Positions 28,777-37,886 of a stretch of DNA of 64,000 bases are shown here, piece by piece. The stretch is from positions 5,152,001 through 5,216,000 of the forward strand of contig OY762428.1 of NCBI GenBank assembly GCA_963665665.1, read 5' to 3'. How positions within the stretch are numbered: position 1 is the first letter of the stretch; each line of letters begins with the position of its first letter. Under the pieces are notes generated by a model, which was not told where the DNA came from, ran no database searches, and saw only the letters and a list, made by a program, of their open reading frames with translations. The stretch is from Candidatus Kapaibacterium sp. (GTDB lineage Bacteria > Bacteroidota > Ignavibacteria > Kapaibacteriales > UBA2268). A program made the position numbers and the translations under genes.

Positions 28777-29003
28777 AATGAGGCCAAATTTCACTACATT
28801 AAGGCCAAACAGTAGTTCAATACCACCGGCAAAGGCAGTTTAAAGCCCTGCCAACAAAGCGTTTAGCCCAAACATCAGGATTCTGGTTCAAAACAGCGTT
28901 GAATTAAGGAAATTATCCGGTTCATTGAAACCACAGGATAGGGAATTAAGTCCGGCGGCCTGTTCATTGGGGTGGAAGAACGGGGAGTAAGGGACAGTTG
29001 ACG

Positions 29004-29432
29004 TTGTCATTCCCCGACCAGTCACCGAAAAATCGGGAATTTGCCCACCGCCAGCGAGGAACATTCCCATCCGTCATTCTGACGGAGCGAAGCGACCGAA
29101 GAATCCATGCAAAATAGCAGATAATTTATGAAGAATGGATTCTTCGCTGGCGCTCAGAATGACATCCCAGCCTTATAATCGTCAAATTCAATTGCCACGT
29201 GCTTTAGCTCGTGGATAAAGTAGGCTAAGAAAAAGAATCCACCCCTGCCTGTCCCGACGTGTCGGGAACTCGCTGCGCTCGCCACCCCTCAACGAGGGGA
29301 ATTTTTCCGGAAATCCACCCCCGCCCTTCGGGCACCCCCGCCAGCGGGGGACAGGTGGCTTCTTCCAATTTTTAATTCTTAATTGTCAATTATCAATTAG
29401 GAACGAATTCTTCGCTGGCGTACAGGATGACA
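29004..29432. repeat. REP-like mosaic, right flank of fold-back copy 2
   Basis: Inverted pair 29073-29164, GCCACGTGCTTTAGCTCGTGG 29187-29218, 49-mer variant 29233-29302, CCCCCGCCAGCGGGGG hairpin, final half-site TTCTTCGCTGGCG..GATGACA. Confidence 0.85.
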
Positions 29433-29459
29433 GCACTTCCGCCAGTGGGGAAGAGGGAA

Positions 29460-30608
29460 TTATACTTCTTCAATACTAACGTATTTGCCTTTTTCGCGCA
29501 GGCGACATGCTATCAGGCGGACTACGCGGTCGCGCTTTATAAGGCCCATCTGGCGAAATCGTATATTTGAATCGGCGGGATTAATGCCGCGTCCGAGTAT
29601 AAAATTAATCCGGTCGGAAGAATGAATGATATCGTAGAGCTTGGTAACGGGGTTGTCCTCGTCGAAAACTTCCCGGTCTTCGTCCAGCAGGTTGAAAAGC
29701 TGGTTCAGGGTCATAACTCCCTCGCACACAAGGTCTATACCATTAATTCGGCTTTCCGGCGGCGTCAGGTCGTCTGTGGCAATGCCCGTGTTTTGAATTT
29801 CGTTTCCTGTATACTCTGAAACGATCCGTGCGGTAGTGGCTCCGCAGATCACTTTCCTGCCGGGGCCGGCAAGGAATTTCTGAACGGTGAATTTGTCGTT
29901 GGACTGCCTTGCGGGCGGGCCCGTGAAGATATTTGTAATGTTTGCTTCCGTGGTTCTGACGGCAAGGATAGTATAGTCGTCCTGGTTTGTGCCCCCGCAT
30001 ATTTCCAGGGATTTTTTCCTGATCATTTTTACTAAGGACCTTTTGCTTGAACTTCCAAGCAGAGAAGTAAAAATGAAATCGTTAAGGCCTTCTTCGCCCC
30101 ATCCCAGAGGGTATCCCATTCCGAGGCCTGCCTGTGTTATGCCATCGCTCACACATAGCAGCCCCATACCGGAATCAAGCCATCCGTTAAATTCGGATGT
30201 TACTTTTTCTCCTATCGTTCTTGTTCTGCCTTTCAGAATTTTCGACTGATTAGAGTATAACAATATTGGCGAGGGCATATCATAGTTGAAGATGGAAAAA
30301 GATCCGTCGTTGAGTATCCGCATTATCATGAACACAGCGTAAGGCAGATTGTTTTCAACAGCGCTATTCATTGTTTCTGCTACTTTCCTGAAAGCTTTTC
30401 GCAGGTGGGTTCCGCCGCGGACAAGTTCTTTGAGCCTTGAAATGCAGAGCAGTGCCGCAATATTTGCTTTCACCCCCGAACCCAGCCCGTCAGCAATAAT
30501 TACCAATGTACCCTTGTCATCCCTGAGATAATCCCAGGCATCGCCGCAGGGCTGCCCCGGATACTTAGAGTCCTGCAGGCAGTCTATTTTGCAGTGAAGA
30601 TATCCCAT
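29460..30608 (-). CDS. SpoIIE/PP2C-family Ser/Thr phosphatase (hydrogenase-associated)
   Basis: PCGDA, IADGLGSGVKAN, VSDGITQAG, DDYT, VICGATTA, EGVMTL. Confidence 0.9.
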   Translation of the reverse strand: MGYLHCKIDCLQDSKYPGQPCGDAWDYLRDDKGTLVIIADGLGSGVKANIAALLCISRLKELVRGGTHLRKAFRKVAETMNSAVENNLPYAVFMIMRILNDGSFSIFNYDMPSPILLYSNQSKILKGRTRTIGEKVTSEFNGWLDSGMGLLCVSDGITQAGLGMGYPLGWGEEGLNDFIFTSLLGSSSKRSLVKMIRKKSLEICGGTNQDDYTILAVRTTEANITNIFTGPPARQSNDKFTVQKFLAGPGRKVICGATTARIVSEYTGNEIQNTGIATDDLTPPESRINGIDLVCEGVMTLNQLFNLLDEDREVFDEDNPVTKLYDIIHSSDRINFILGRGINPADSNIRFRQMGLIKRDRVVRLIACRLREKGKYVSIEEV

Positions 30609-32344
30609 TGGCTTTCCCTTTTGTCATTTTTTTCATTTCCGGCCATTTCCATCAACTGCTCCACGAGCTGTTCACCTTTGGCGGTATTTTCTCCGAGCAT
30701 TTTTGCAAAATTCTGTGCCATATTTATCTGGTGATCAAGCAATTCTTTTGCCTGACGGAGTGTTTGATTCTTTAGTTCTTTAAGAATTTCCTTGTCGTTC
30801 TGATGATTGGTAACATTAACAAAAATCCCGACAATCTTTCCGTCATCATGTAATTTATAATGAATCTGGTGGCAGATCAGGTTATAATTTTCGTGTTCAG
30901 TTTGAATTTCATAAATATCAGAATCGGATTCCTTTAGTTTGACGAATGGTTCCGGGTCAATCAGATATGACAAGTGTTTTCCGCATATTGAATCGTTGCA
31001 CAGGAACATTTTTCTGAAAGCCGGGTTCATCTGTTTTATCCTCAGGTGCTCGTCGAGAATTATTATACCATTGGGGCTTGTGTCCATTATCTTGTTGCTG
31101 CGGGTTTCCGCTTTGCGGCGCATGTATGGCATGCACATTTCGGGCACGGCCATTCCGGAAAGAACAGCAATGGCTTTTTCCCGGCAGCTGTTGTATCCGC
31201 ATGCTCCGCAGTCGGGCCTGTCCTCGGGGTTGGCCTTGCCTGTTTTGCTTAATACTTCAATGATAGCTTCCTCGCTGAATGCGTTTGTGAAATCATACTG
31301 TTTGCAAAATGAGCATGAGTAATCAATATCTGCGTATAATCCTTCTTCATAATCGTTGTTTTCAGCCATGTTATTTACAGATAGTTTTTCCCAGGCAGCA
31401 AACTGATTGATCTTTCTGCTGCTGCCGGGGCCTGAGGGGCATCCACCCTTGCAGAAGAGCAATTCCATAACAACAGGTTCTCCGGCTGAACGTAAATAAT
31501 CGAAAGCAGCATCGAATTCAATAAATCCGTTAACGCTTATCTTCTTTATTTTTTTATTATTAATTAATCCAACAGCTCCGCCCGGCAGGGGAAAATCACT
31601 ACAGTAAGTATTTCCGATTTGGTCGAAATTACTTTCTTCCAGGCATTCGAAATCAACCCCTTCTGATTCCATCCATTTGTCCAATTCTTCGAAAGTCATA
31701 GCCGAGCTGATAATATTTTTATATTCATCTCTGAGGTTTTCATCTTTTTTGGCAACGCATGGTCCAATAAATACCACTCTTGTTTTTTTGCCGTATAATT
31801 CCTTAACTGCTTTGCCACAGGATATCATGGGGGAGATCACCGGAATAATTGAATCAATAAACTCGGGCCGGTATTTTTCGATATAGCTTATTGATGCAGG
31901 GCAGCTTGTATATATAAATGAAGAATTAGCTTGTGAACTGAGGGTGCTATCAATATAATCCGATGCCCGCTTCATTACAGGGCGTATTGACTCGCCGACG
32001 TTATGAACATATTTGAATCCCAGGCGCCGCAGAGCAGAGGGGAGCCTTGCCGCCTGCCATTTCTCGAAGTTTGCCATATAGGACGGTGCAACAATTGCCA
32101 CCGGAAGAGGTGATTTATCAGATATTATTTTGGACAAATAAATATCATTCCTGTATTTCTTTGCGCCCTGCGGACATTCCCTGATACAAGTACCACAGGA
32201 AATGCATCGCTCCGGAACTATCAGTGCCTGATTAATATCCATCCTGATAGCCTTAACGGGGCATACCCTGATACACCTGTAGCAATCCCTGCATTCAGCA
32301 TTATCCGTATAAACTATTTTTGCCCTGCCTTCATTTTTTTCCAT
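30584..32344 (-). CDS. hydS: Sensory [FeFe]-hydrogenase-like protein with PAS domain (HydS/HfsB, group C)
   Basis: 2x[4Fe-4S] N-terminus, divergent H-cluster motifs TSCP / GPCVAKKDE / ELLFCKGGC, FeS CGACGYNSC, C-terminal PAS (SPNGIIILD..QMNPAF). Start at MEKN with AGGAGA RBS. Confidence 0.85.
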   Translation of the reverse strand: MEKNEGRAKIVYTDNAECRDCYRCIRVCPVKAIRMDINQALIVPERCISCGTCIRECPQGAKKYRNDIYLSKIISDKSPLPVAIVAPSYMANFEKWQAARLPSALRRLGFKYVHNVGESIRPVMKRASDYIDSTLSSQANSSFIYTSCPASISYIEKYRPEFIDSIIPVISPMISCGKAVKELYGKKTRVVFIGPCVAKKDENLRDEYKNIISSAMTFEELDKWMESEGVDFECLEESNFDQIGNTYCSDFPLPGGAVGLINNKKIKKISVNGFIEFDAAFDYLRSAGEPVVMELLFCKGGCPSGPGSSRKINQFAAWEKLSVNNMAENNDYEEGLYADIDYSCSFCKQYDFTNAFSEEAIIEVLSKTGKANPEDRPDCGACGYNSCREKAIAVLSGMAVPEMCMPYMRRKAETRSNKIMDTSPNGIIILDEHLRIKQMNPAFRKMFLCNDSICGKHLSYLIDPEPFVKLKESDSDIYEIQTEHENYNLICHQIHYKLHDDGKIVGIFVNVTNHQNDKEILKELKNQTLRQAKELLDHQINMAQNFAKMLGENTAKGEQLVEQLMEMAGNEKNDKRESQWDIFTAK

Positions 32345-32407
32345 TCTAAGTCTCCTGTTCCGAGGCAATTTTCTTTTAGTGTCATGTTTTTTTGTGATAT
32401 AAAGTAT

Positions 32408-32498
32408 TGTCATTCTGAGCGCCAGCGAAGAATCCATTCTTCAATAATTCTTTAAGAAAAAGATGGATTCTTCAGTCGCAGGCTCCTTCAGAATGATA
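32408..32498. repeat. REP-like inverted pair
   Basis: TGTCATTCTGAGCGCCAGCGAAGAATCCAT...ATGGATTCTTC..CAGAATGA; left half is the reverse complement of 914-942. Confidence 0.85.
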
Positions 32499-32588
32499 TT
32501 TTCAGGTTTTTTCTTCAAAATATTAAACCATCTGAGTGGTTACGATTAATTCATCCTGAAATTTTTTATTTCCAAATAACTTTTCAGC

Positions 32589-32619
32589 AACCTTCCGAAG
32601 GGATCAGCTTCGGAAGGTT
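32589..32619 (-). terminator. 12-bp stem hairpin just downstream of hydA
   Basis: AACCTTCCGAAG-GGATCAG-CTTCGGAAGGTT; no clear U-tract. Confidence 0.5.
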
Positions 32620-32633
32620 ATATAAATATAATT

Positions 32634-34637
32634 CTATGCCAATGCAAGTTCAGATTCTAAAAGCACGATGATCTTCTTCAGCGTTGCATTCGGAACGAGC
32701 TTGCCGTTGAAAGTAGCGTTAGGGGCCTGCTCGCAATTTTCCATACAGAAGCCTGCTTTAACGCTAACCATTTCACTGAGTCCGTGTTTATCCACGTAGT
32801 CAAGGAGTTGGCGCAGAAGCTGCTGAGAGCCTTTCACGAAGCAATTAGTTCCCACGCATACAGATATTTCTACTTTTGGAGATTCTGTACCAAGAATTGA
32901 TATGCTTTGTCCGCTGATCCTTTTCCTGTTATAATATTTAGTATGTAGGATTTCATGCGGATCAATAGCGTTTTTACCATTAAATGTTTTGGCATACAGC
33001 TGTTTAATAAACGGATTTTCCTGAGGTTTGTGCAGTTGCAGCATCTTGTCGGCCTCGTAAAGAGCAGCCTTTCGTGAATCCCTTGTATCTGTATTCATGC
33101 ATACAGGCTGGCCTGCTCCGCCGATACAACCGCCCGGGCAGGACATAACTTCGATCATATCAAGTTTTCTTCTGCCTTCTTTTACATCGTCCATTACCCG
33201 CGATGCGTTTTTCAGGCCCTGAACGATAGCCATTTTTATTTCATTTCCGCCCAGTTTGATTGATATTTCACGAATACCTTCTTTGCCGCGTACTTCATGG
33301 AAATCTGCATTTTCCAGTTTAACTCCGTTGGTTTTTTCGTATGCATATCTCAGAACAGCTTCGCTAACTCCGCCGGAATTTCCGAAAATAACGCCCGCGC
33401 CTGTTTTAAACCCAAAAGGCATGTCAAGCGATTCCGGAGAGAGTTTGTTGAAGTTCACCCCTGCTTCGTTCATCATGGAAACAAGTTCCTGAGTTGTTAT
33501 CACGTGGTCAACTTCGGGGATTCCATCGGTATAGAATTCCGGCCTTTTTGCTTCGGATTTCTTGGCTGTGCATGGCATAACAGATACGATAACAATGTTT
33601 TTTGTCTCGACTCCGTATTCTTTCGGGAGAACTTTCTTTGCCAGGGATCCGAACATCTGCTGTGGTGAGCGGCAGCTTGAAATATTGTTCAGGAACTCGG
33701 GATAGAACTGTTCTGCATATTTTACCCAGGAAGGGCAGCAGGAGGTTAGTAGTGGGAGGTTCTCGTTATTCCTCTTTCTTTCAATAAATTCGTTTGCTTC
33801 TTCAATAACCGTCAGGTCGGCGGTGAATGAAGTATCGAAAACCTTGTCGAAGCCGAGCGCTTTCAGGGCAGCAACAGTTTGTCCGGTAAGAACCGATCCG
33901 GGTTTTCTTCCAAAAGCTTCACCAATAGCAACTCTGACAGCAGGAGCAATCTGAGCTATTACCATCTTCTCGGGGTTGAAAATATCTTTCCATACCTGAT
34001 CAGTTTCCGATTTCGGCATTATTGCACCTGTGGGGCAAACCCTGGCACACTGGCCGCAATCCACGCAGTTTACTTCAGATAAATTTTTATTGAATGCCGG
34101 CTGTACTTTTACGGAAGCCCCCCTGTTAATAAAATCAATTGCTCCTATACCTTGAATTTCCTCGCATGCACGAACGCAGTCTCCGCAAAGTATGCACTTG
34201 TTAGGATCCCTAACCAGGGCATCAGAGGATGTATCGATAGGTAGTTCGTTATCTGATTTTTTATACCGGATTTTTTTAACGCCGAGCCTGTGAGCAAGTT
34301 CCTGCAATTTGCAATTTGTATTCTTACCGCAGGTAGGGCAGTTATGATTGTAACTTGCAAGAAGCAATTCAATATTAATTTTCCGGATTTTCCTTATCTC
34401 TTCAGTATTTGTTTTTACAACCATTCCTTCTTCCGGAGGAATAGAGCAGGAAGCCTGAATACCGCGTCCTTCAATATCGACTATGCAAAGCCTGCATGCT
34501 CCGTAAATACTCAGCTCCGAGTGGTAGCAGAATGTAGGTATTTCAATATTTGTTTTCCTGATCACTTCAAGCAGGTTTCTTTCGTTATCGAAAAAAACTC
34601 TTTTACCGTCTATTGTTATCTGTTTTCTGTTTTCCAT
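32634..34637 (-). CDS. hydA: [FeFe]-hydrogenase catalytic subunit, group A3 type, with C-terminal 2Fe-2S domain
   Basis: TSCCPSW, MPCTAKKSE, EVMSCPGGCIGGAGQP; N-terminal 2Fe-2S and 4Fe-4S motifs; C-terminal CVGTNC..CMENC. Confidence 0.96.
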   Translation of the reverse strand: MENRKQITIDGKRVFFDNERNLLEVIRKTNIEIPTFCYHSELSIYGACRLCIVDIEGRGIQASCSIPPEEGMVVKTNTEEIRKIRKINIELLLASYNHNCPTCGKNTNCKLQELAHRLGVKKIRYKKSDNELPIDTSSDALVRDPNKCILCGDCVRACEEIQGIGAIDFINRGASVKVQPAFNKNLSEVNCVDCGQCARVCPTGAIMPKSETDQVWKDIFNPEKMVIAQIAPAVRVAIGEAFGRKPGSVLTGQTVAALKALGFDKVFDTSFTADLTVIEEANEFIERKRNNENLPLLTSCCPSWVKYAEQFYPEFLNNISSCRSPQQMFGSLAKKVLPKEYGVETKNIVIVSVMPCTAKKSEAKRPEFYTDGIPEVDHVITTQELVSMMNEAGVNFNKLSPESLDMPFGFKTGAGVIFGNSGGVSEAVLRYAYEKTNGVKLENADFHEVRGKEGIREISIKLGGNEIKMAIVQGLKNASRVMDDVKEGRRKLDMIEVMSCPGGCIGGAGQPVCMNTDTRDSRKAALYEADKMLQLHKPQENPFIKQLYAKTFNGKNAIDPHEILHTKYYNRKRISGQSISILGTESPKVEISVCVGTNCFVKGSQQLLRQLLDYVDKHGLSEMVSVKAGFCMENCEQAPNATFNGKLVPNATLKKIIVLLESELALA

Positions 34638-34639
34638 CT

Positions 34640-36550
34640 TTACACCCCGATTATTGCGTTCAATTTACATACTTCCTTACATGCACCGCATTTTATACAT
34701 TTGGTTTCGTCAATAACGTGCGCTTCTTTTCTGTTTCCGCTGATAGCCCCGACAGGACATGCCTTTATACAAAGGCCGCATCCCTTACAGGCATCAGCGT
34801 CTATTTGTGGCGACAGCAGAGCCGTGCATTTTTTTGCAGGACAGGTCTTTTGCAGAACGTGGGCATCATATTCCTGCCTGAAATATTTCAGGGTTGATAA
34901 TACCGGGTTCGGGGCAGTTTTGCCCAGGCCGCATAGCGATGCTTTTTTTACAGCAAGTGAAAGTTCTGTAAGCAGGTCAAGAGTCTCAGCGGTTGCCGAT
35001 CCGTCTGTAATATCGTTCAGTATATTAAGTATTTGTTTTGTGCCCTCGCGGCATGGCACACATTTACCGCAGGATTCGTTCTGGGTAAATTCCATGAAGA
35101 ATTTTGCCACGCTTACCATGCAGGTGTTTTTGTTCATTACCACAAGCCCTCCGGAGCCAACCATAGCACCAACCGACTGAAGTGAATCAAAATCAAGAGG
35201 CAGGTCGAGATGTTCTTCTGTAAGGCAACCGCCCGAGGGGCCTCCGATCTGTACGGCTTTGAATCCTTCGCCTGTAATTTTACCTCTGTCGTCAGTAACA
35301 CCGCCGCCGATATTATAAATAATTTCCCTCAAAGTTGTACCGAAGGGTACTTCAATCAATCCGGTATTAAGAACATGCCCGGTAAGTGCAAAAGTTTTTG
35401 TACCCGGGGAATTTATTGTTCCGGTTTTCCTGTAATCCAAAGCTCCGTTGCGGATTATCAACGGAATGGATGCCAGGGTTTCCACATTGTTTATCACAGT
35501 TGGTTTTCCGAAAAGACCGGACTGAGCAGGGAAGGGTGGTTTGGGGCGTGGCATTCCTCGTTTGCCTTCCACCGAGGCAATAAGTGCTGTTTCCTCGCCG
35601 CATACAAACGCTCCGGCACCTTCCATAACGTCGATAGTGAAGTTCATTCCCGAGCCGAAAATATTTTCGCCGAGTATTCCCATATTCATAGCGTCTTTTA
35701 CAGCCTGGCGAATTCTTCTTACTGCAAAGGGATATTCAGTACGGACATAAACAACGCCCTCGTCGGCGCCTATAGCACGGGCAGCAATTATCATTCCTTC
35801 GATAACAGAATGAGGATTGCCTTCCATAACACTCCTGTCCATGAAAGCTCCGGGATCGCCTTCGTCGCCGTTGCAGATAACGTATTTCTTTTCGCTTTCC
35901 CTGACTCTTGTCAGTTCCCATTTTTTTCCTGTTGGAAAACCGCCGCCCCCGCGTCCCCTGAGTCCGGCATGAGTTACTTCTTCACATACTTCCTCGGGCT
36001 TCATGTATTTCACGGCTTTTTTTGCTGCTGCATAACCACCTCCGGCTATATACTCCTCGATATGCCCGGGGTTGATGTAACCGCAGTCTTTGAGCACAGT
36101 TCTCTTCTGAAGGCGGTAAAAATCAATTTCTGATGAACTGACGCATTTTTTCTTGTTAACGGGGTTGGTATAAACAAGGCGTTCAATTACTTCATGGCCG
36201 ATAATTGTTTTATTAATAATATCATCAGCGTCCGAAGGTTTTACTTTCAGGTAATGTATATCGTCCGGTTCGATAGTTACCAGCGGGCCCATCTGGCAAA
36301 ATCCCTGGCATCCGCTTTCCGATAAATATATATTGCTGCTGTCCTTTTCACATTTTTCGAAACGAATATCAACAATAAGATTAATTCCCGCTTTTTCAGC
36401 GCTTTCCTTCAGTGCTTCAAATACTTTCATGGAACCATTAGCAACACATCCGGTTCCTGCGCAAACAACAATCCTTTTCTGAAGCTTTGCGGATTTCTCT
36501 TTGTATTCTATAGAGATTTTATTCAGATCAATTAATTTTTCCATCTTCAT
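34640..36550 (-). CDS. hydB: NADH/FMN-binding hydrogenase subunit (NuoF-like)
   Basis: GRGGGGFPTG, CNGDEGDPGAFMDR, FVCGEETAL, ESCGKCVPCREG, C-terminal 2x[4Fe-4S]. Confidence 0.95.
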   Translation of the reverse strand: MKMEKLIDLNKISIEYKEKSAKLQKRIVVCAGTGCVANGSMKVFEALKESAEKAGINLIVDIRFEKCEKDSSNIYLSESGCQGFCQMGPLVTIEPDDIHYLKVKPSDADDIINKTIIGHEVIERLVYTNPVNKKKCVSSSEIDFYRLQKRTVLKDCGYINPGHIEEYIAGGGYAAAKKAVKYMKPEEVCEEVTHAGLRGRGGGGFPTGKKWELTRVRESEKKYVICNGDEGDPGAFMDRSVMEGNPHSVIEGMIIAARAIGADEGVVYVRTEYPFAVRRIRQAVKDAMNMGILGENIFGSGMNFTIDVMEGAGAFVCGEETALIASVEGKRGMPRPKPPFPAQSGLFGKPTVINNVETLASIPLIIRNGALDYRKTGTINSPGTKTFALTGHVLNTGLIEVPFGTTLREIIYNIGGGVTDDRGKITGEGFKAVQIGGPSGGCLTEEHLDLPLDFDSLQSVGAMVGSGGLVVMNKNTCMVSVAKFFMEFTQNESCGKCVPCREGTKQILNILNDITDGSATAETLDLLTELSLAVKKASLCGLGKTAPNPVLSTLKYFRQEYDAHVLQKTCPAKKCTALLSPQIDADACKGCGLCIKACPVGAISGNRKEAHVIDETKCIKCGACKEVCKLNAIIGV

Positions 36551-37046
36551 CTTCCCTTGCCTTAATTTTCTTAATCACTTTTTCCATCTTCTGAGCAGTC
36601 ATCATCGGGTAAACTTCTTCATTTACAACAACTACCGGGGCTAATCCGCAGGCACCGAGGCATGAAACTGTTTCGAGTGTGAACAGCATATCGTCGGTTG
36701 TGTTCTTTTCTTCCGTTAGCGAGAGAGCTTTCCTGCACGATTCGATTATCCTGCCTGAGCCTTTCACGTGGCAGGCTGTGCCGTTGCAAACTTTTATCAC
36801 ATATTTGCCTTTGGGTTCAAGTGCAAAGTGTGAATAAAATGTTGCCACGCCATAAACTCTTGCCGGCGAGATTTTGAGTGAAGTAGCAATAAATGAAAGT
36901 ATCTCTTCCGGCAGGTAACGGTATTCTTCCTGGACCTGCTGGAGTATTGCAATCAGTCTGTTTTCTTTGTTTTTGTTCTCTTCAAGAATTTCGCAGACTT
37001 TCTCGAATTTCCTTACCATCTGTGATGAATTTTGCATCGTTGTCAT
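36528..37046 (-). CDS. hydC: 2Fe-2S hydrogenase subunit (NuoE-like)
   Basis: VATFYSHF, CNGTACHVKG, CLGACGLAP. Confidence 0.95.
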   Translation of the reverse strand: MTTMQNSSQMVRKFEKVCEILEENKNKENRLIAILQQVQEEYRYLPEEILSFIATSLKISPARVYGVATFYSHFALEPKGKYVIKVCNGTACHVKGSGRIIESCRKALSLTEEKNTTDDMLFTLETVSCLGACGLAPVVVVNEEVYPMMTAQKMEKVIKKIKAREDEDGKIN

Positions 37047-37071
37047 ATCTTCTCCAAATTGTTTGTATCAT

Positions 37072-37719
37072 TTATTCATCAGTATTCGTTAAAATCGATA
37101 ATTTTCTTGTTAGTACGGCGAGGCTTTGCGAAAACTGTGCATGTTCCACGACTGCTGTTTCGGGAACTCTTACCCTGTGGGGGGCGAAATTCCATATAGC
37201 TATTACCCCGCCATCAAGCATGGCATCAACAACTGCCTGTGCAACAGTATTCGGAACTGCTACAACGCCGATCTTTATATCATATTTTCTTGCTATCCTG
37301 GCAATGTTTTTTACATCATGAACCTCAACTCCATTGATTTTAGTGCCAATTTTTGATTTATCATTATCAAAAGCAGCTTCGAAATGGAAGCCGTATCGCT
37401 CAAAAAATTTATATCCAAGCATAGCGCTGCCAAGATTACCAACGCCGGCAATAAGTGCACTTTTGTAATCGTTCCAGTGAAGACAATCCTTAATGGCATC
37501 AATCAGGTCATCAAGGTCGTATCCGGTTTTCGGCTTTCCGACAATGCCGGTGTATTGAATATCTTTTCTGATCTGGATAGGGTCAAGAAGCAAATCATCG
37601 GACATTTTAGTACTTGATATGCTAACTTCGCCTTCGTCCTGCATAACGCTCAGATAGTGCATATAATGAGAAAGCCTTTTCAATGTTATGTCCGGTATTA
37701 TGATATTTTTTTTCTTCAT
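37072..37719 (-). CDS. rex: Redox-sensing transcriptional repressor Rex
   Basis: TLKRLSHY, QIRKDI..G..GY, GVGNLGSA, IWNFAP. Confidence 0.95.
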   Translation of the reverse strand: MKKKNIIIPDITLKRLSHYMHYLSVMQDEGEVSISSTKMSDDLLLDPIQIRKDIQYTGIVGKPKTGYDLDDLIDAIKDCLHWNDYKSALIAGVGNLGSAMLGYKFFERYGFHFEAAFDNDKSKIGTKINGVEVHDVKNIARIARKYDIKIGVVAVPNTVAQAVVDAMLDGGVIAIWNFAPHRVRVPETAVVEHAQFSQSLAVLTRKLSILTNTDE

Positions 37720-37848
37720 TACAATATCCAGTTGCTTATTAAGTAATTTTTTATCGATATATTTTTATCGGTAAAAATTTATCGATTGCAAAATAGCATT
37801 TTCTGATAACATGTCAAGCATTTTTTTTTAAAATCTAAAAAATTGTTT

Positions 37849-37862
37849 GTTTCCATGGAAAC
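37849..37862. promoter_or_regulatory. Candidate MarR operator
   Basis: Perfect palindrome GTTTCCATGGAAAC just upstream of TATATTTG (37874-37881) and the marR start. Confidence 0.55.
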
Positions 37863-37886
37863 TATTGTTTTTGTATATTTGTATTT

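Noticed and set aside
27101-29070. ORFs such as MLPTLPTYPRPDPSEEG and TPPKPSPKGRA as proteins
   Set aside because: Pro/Gly-rich read-throughs of palindromic repeats, duplicated with the 252-bp unit.
26950-29459. Autonomous IS, transposon or diversity-generating retroelement
   Set aside because: No transposase, integrase or reverse transcriptase ORF, no evident target-site duplication, and unit differences are not adenine-specific.
32345-32437. N-terminal extension of HydS in the ORF track
   Set aside because: It starts inside a REP; the ATG at 32344 has an AGGAGA RBS.
34290-36133. Long + strand ORFs (296 aa and 307 aa)
   Set aside because: Antisense shadows of the well-supported hydA and hydB.
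34640-37046. nuoE/nuoF of respiratory complex I
   Set aside because: They are coupled to a canonical H-cluster hydA and carry extra FeS domains, so they are HydC and HydB.
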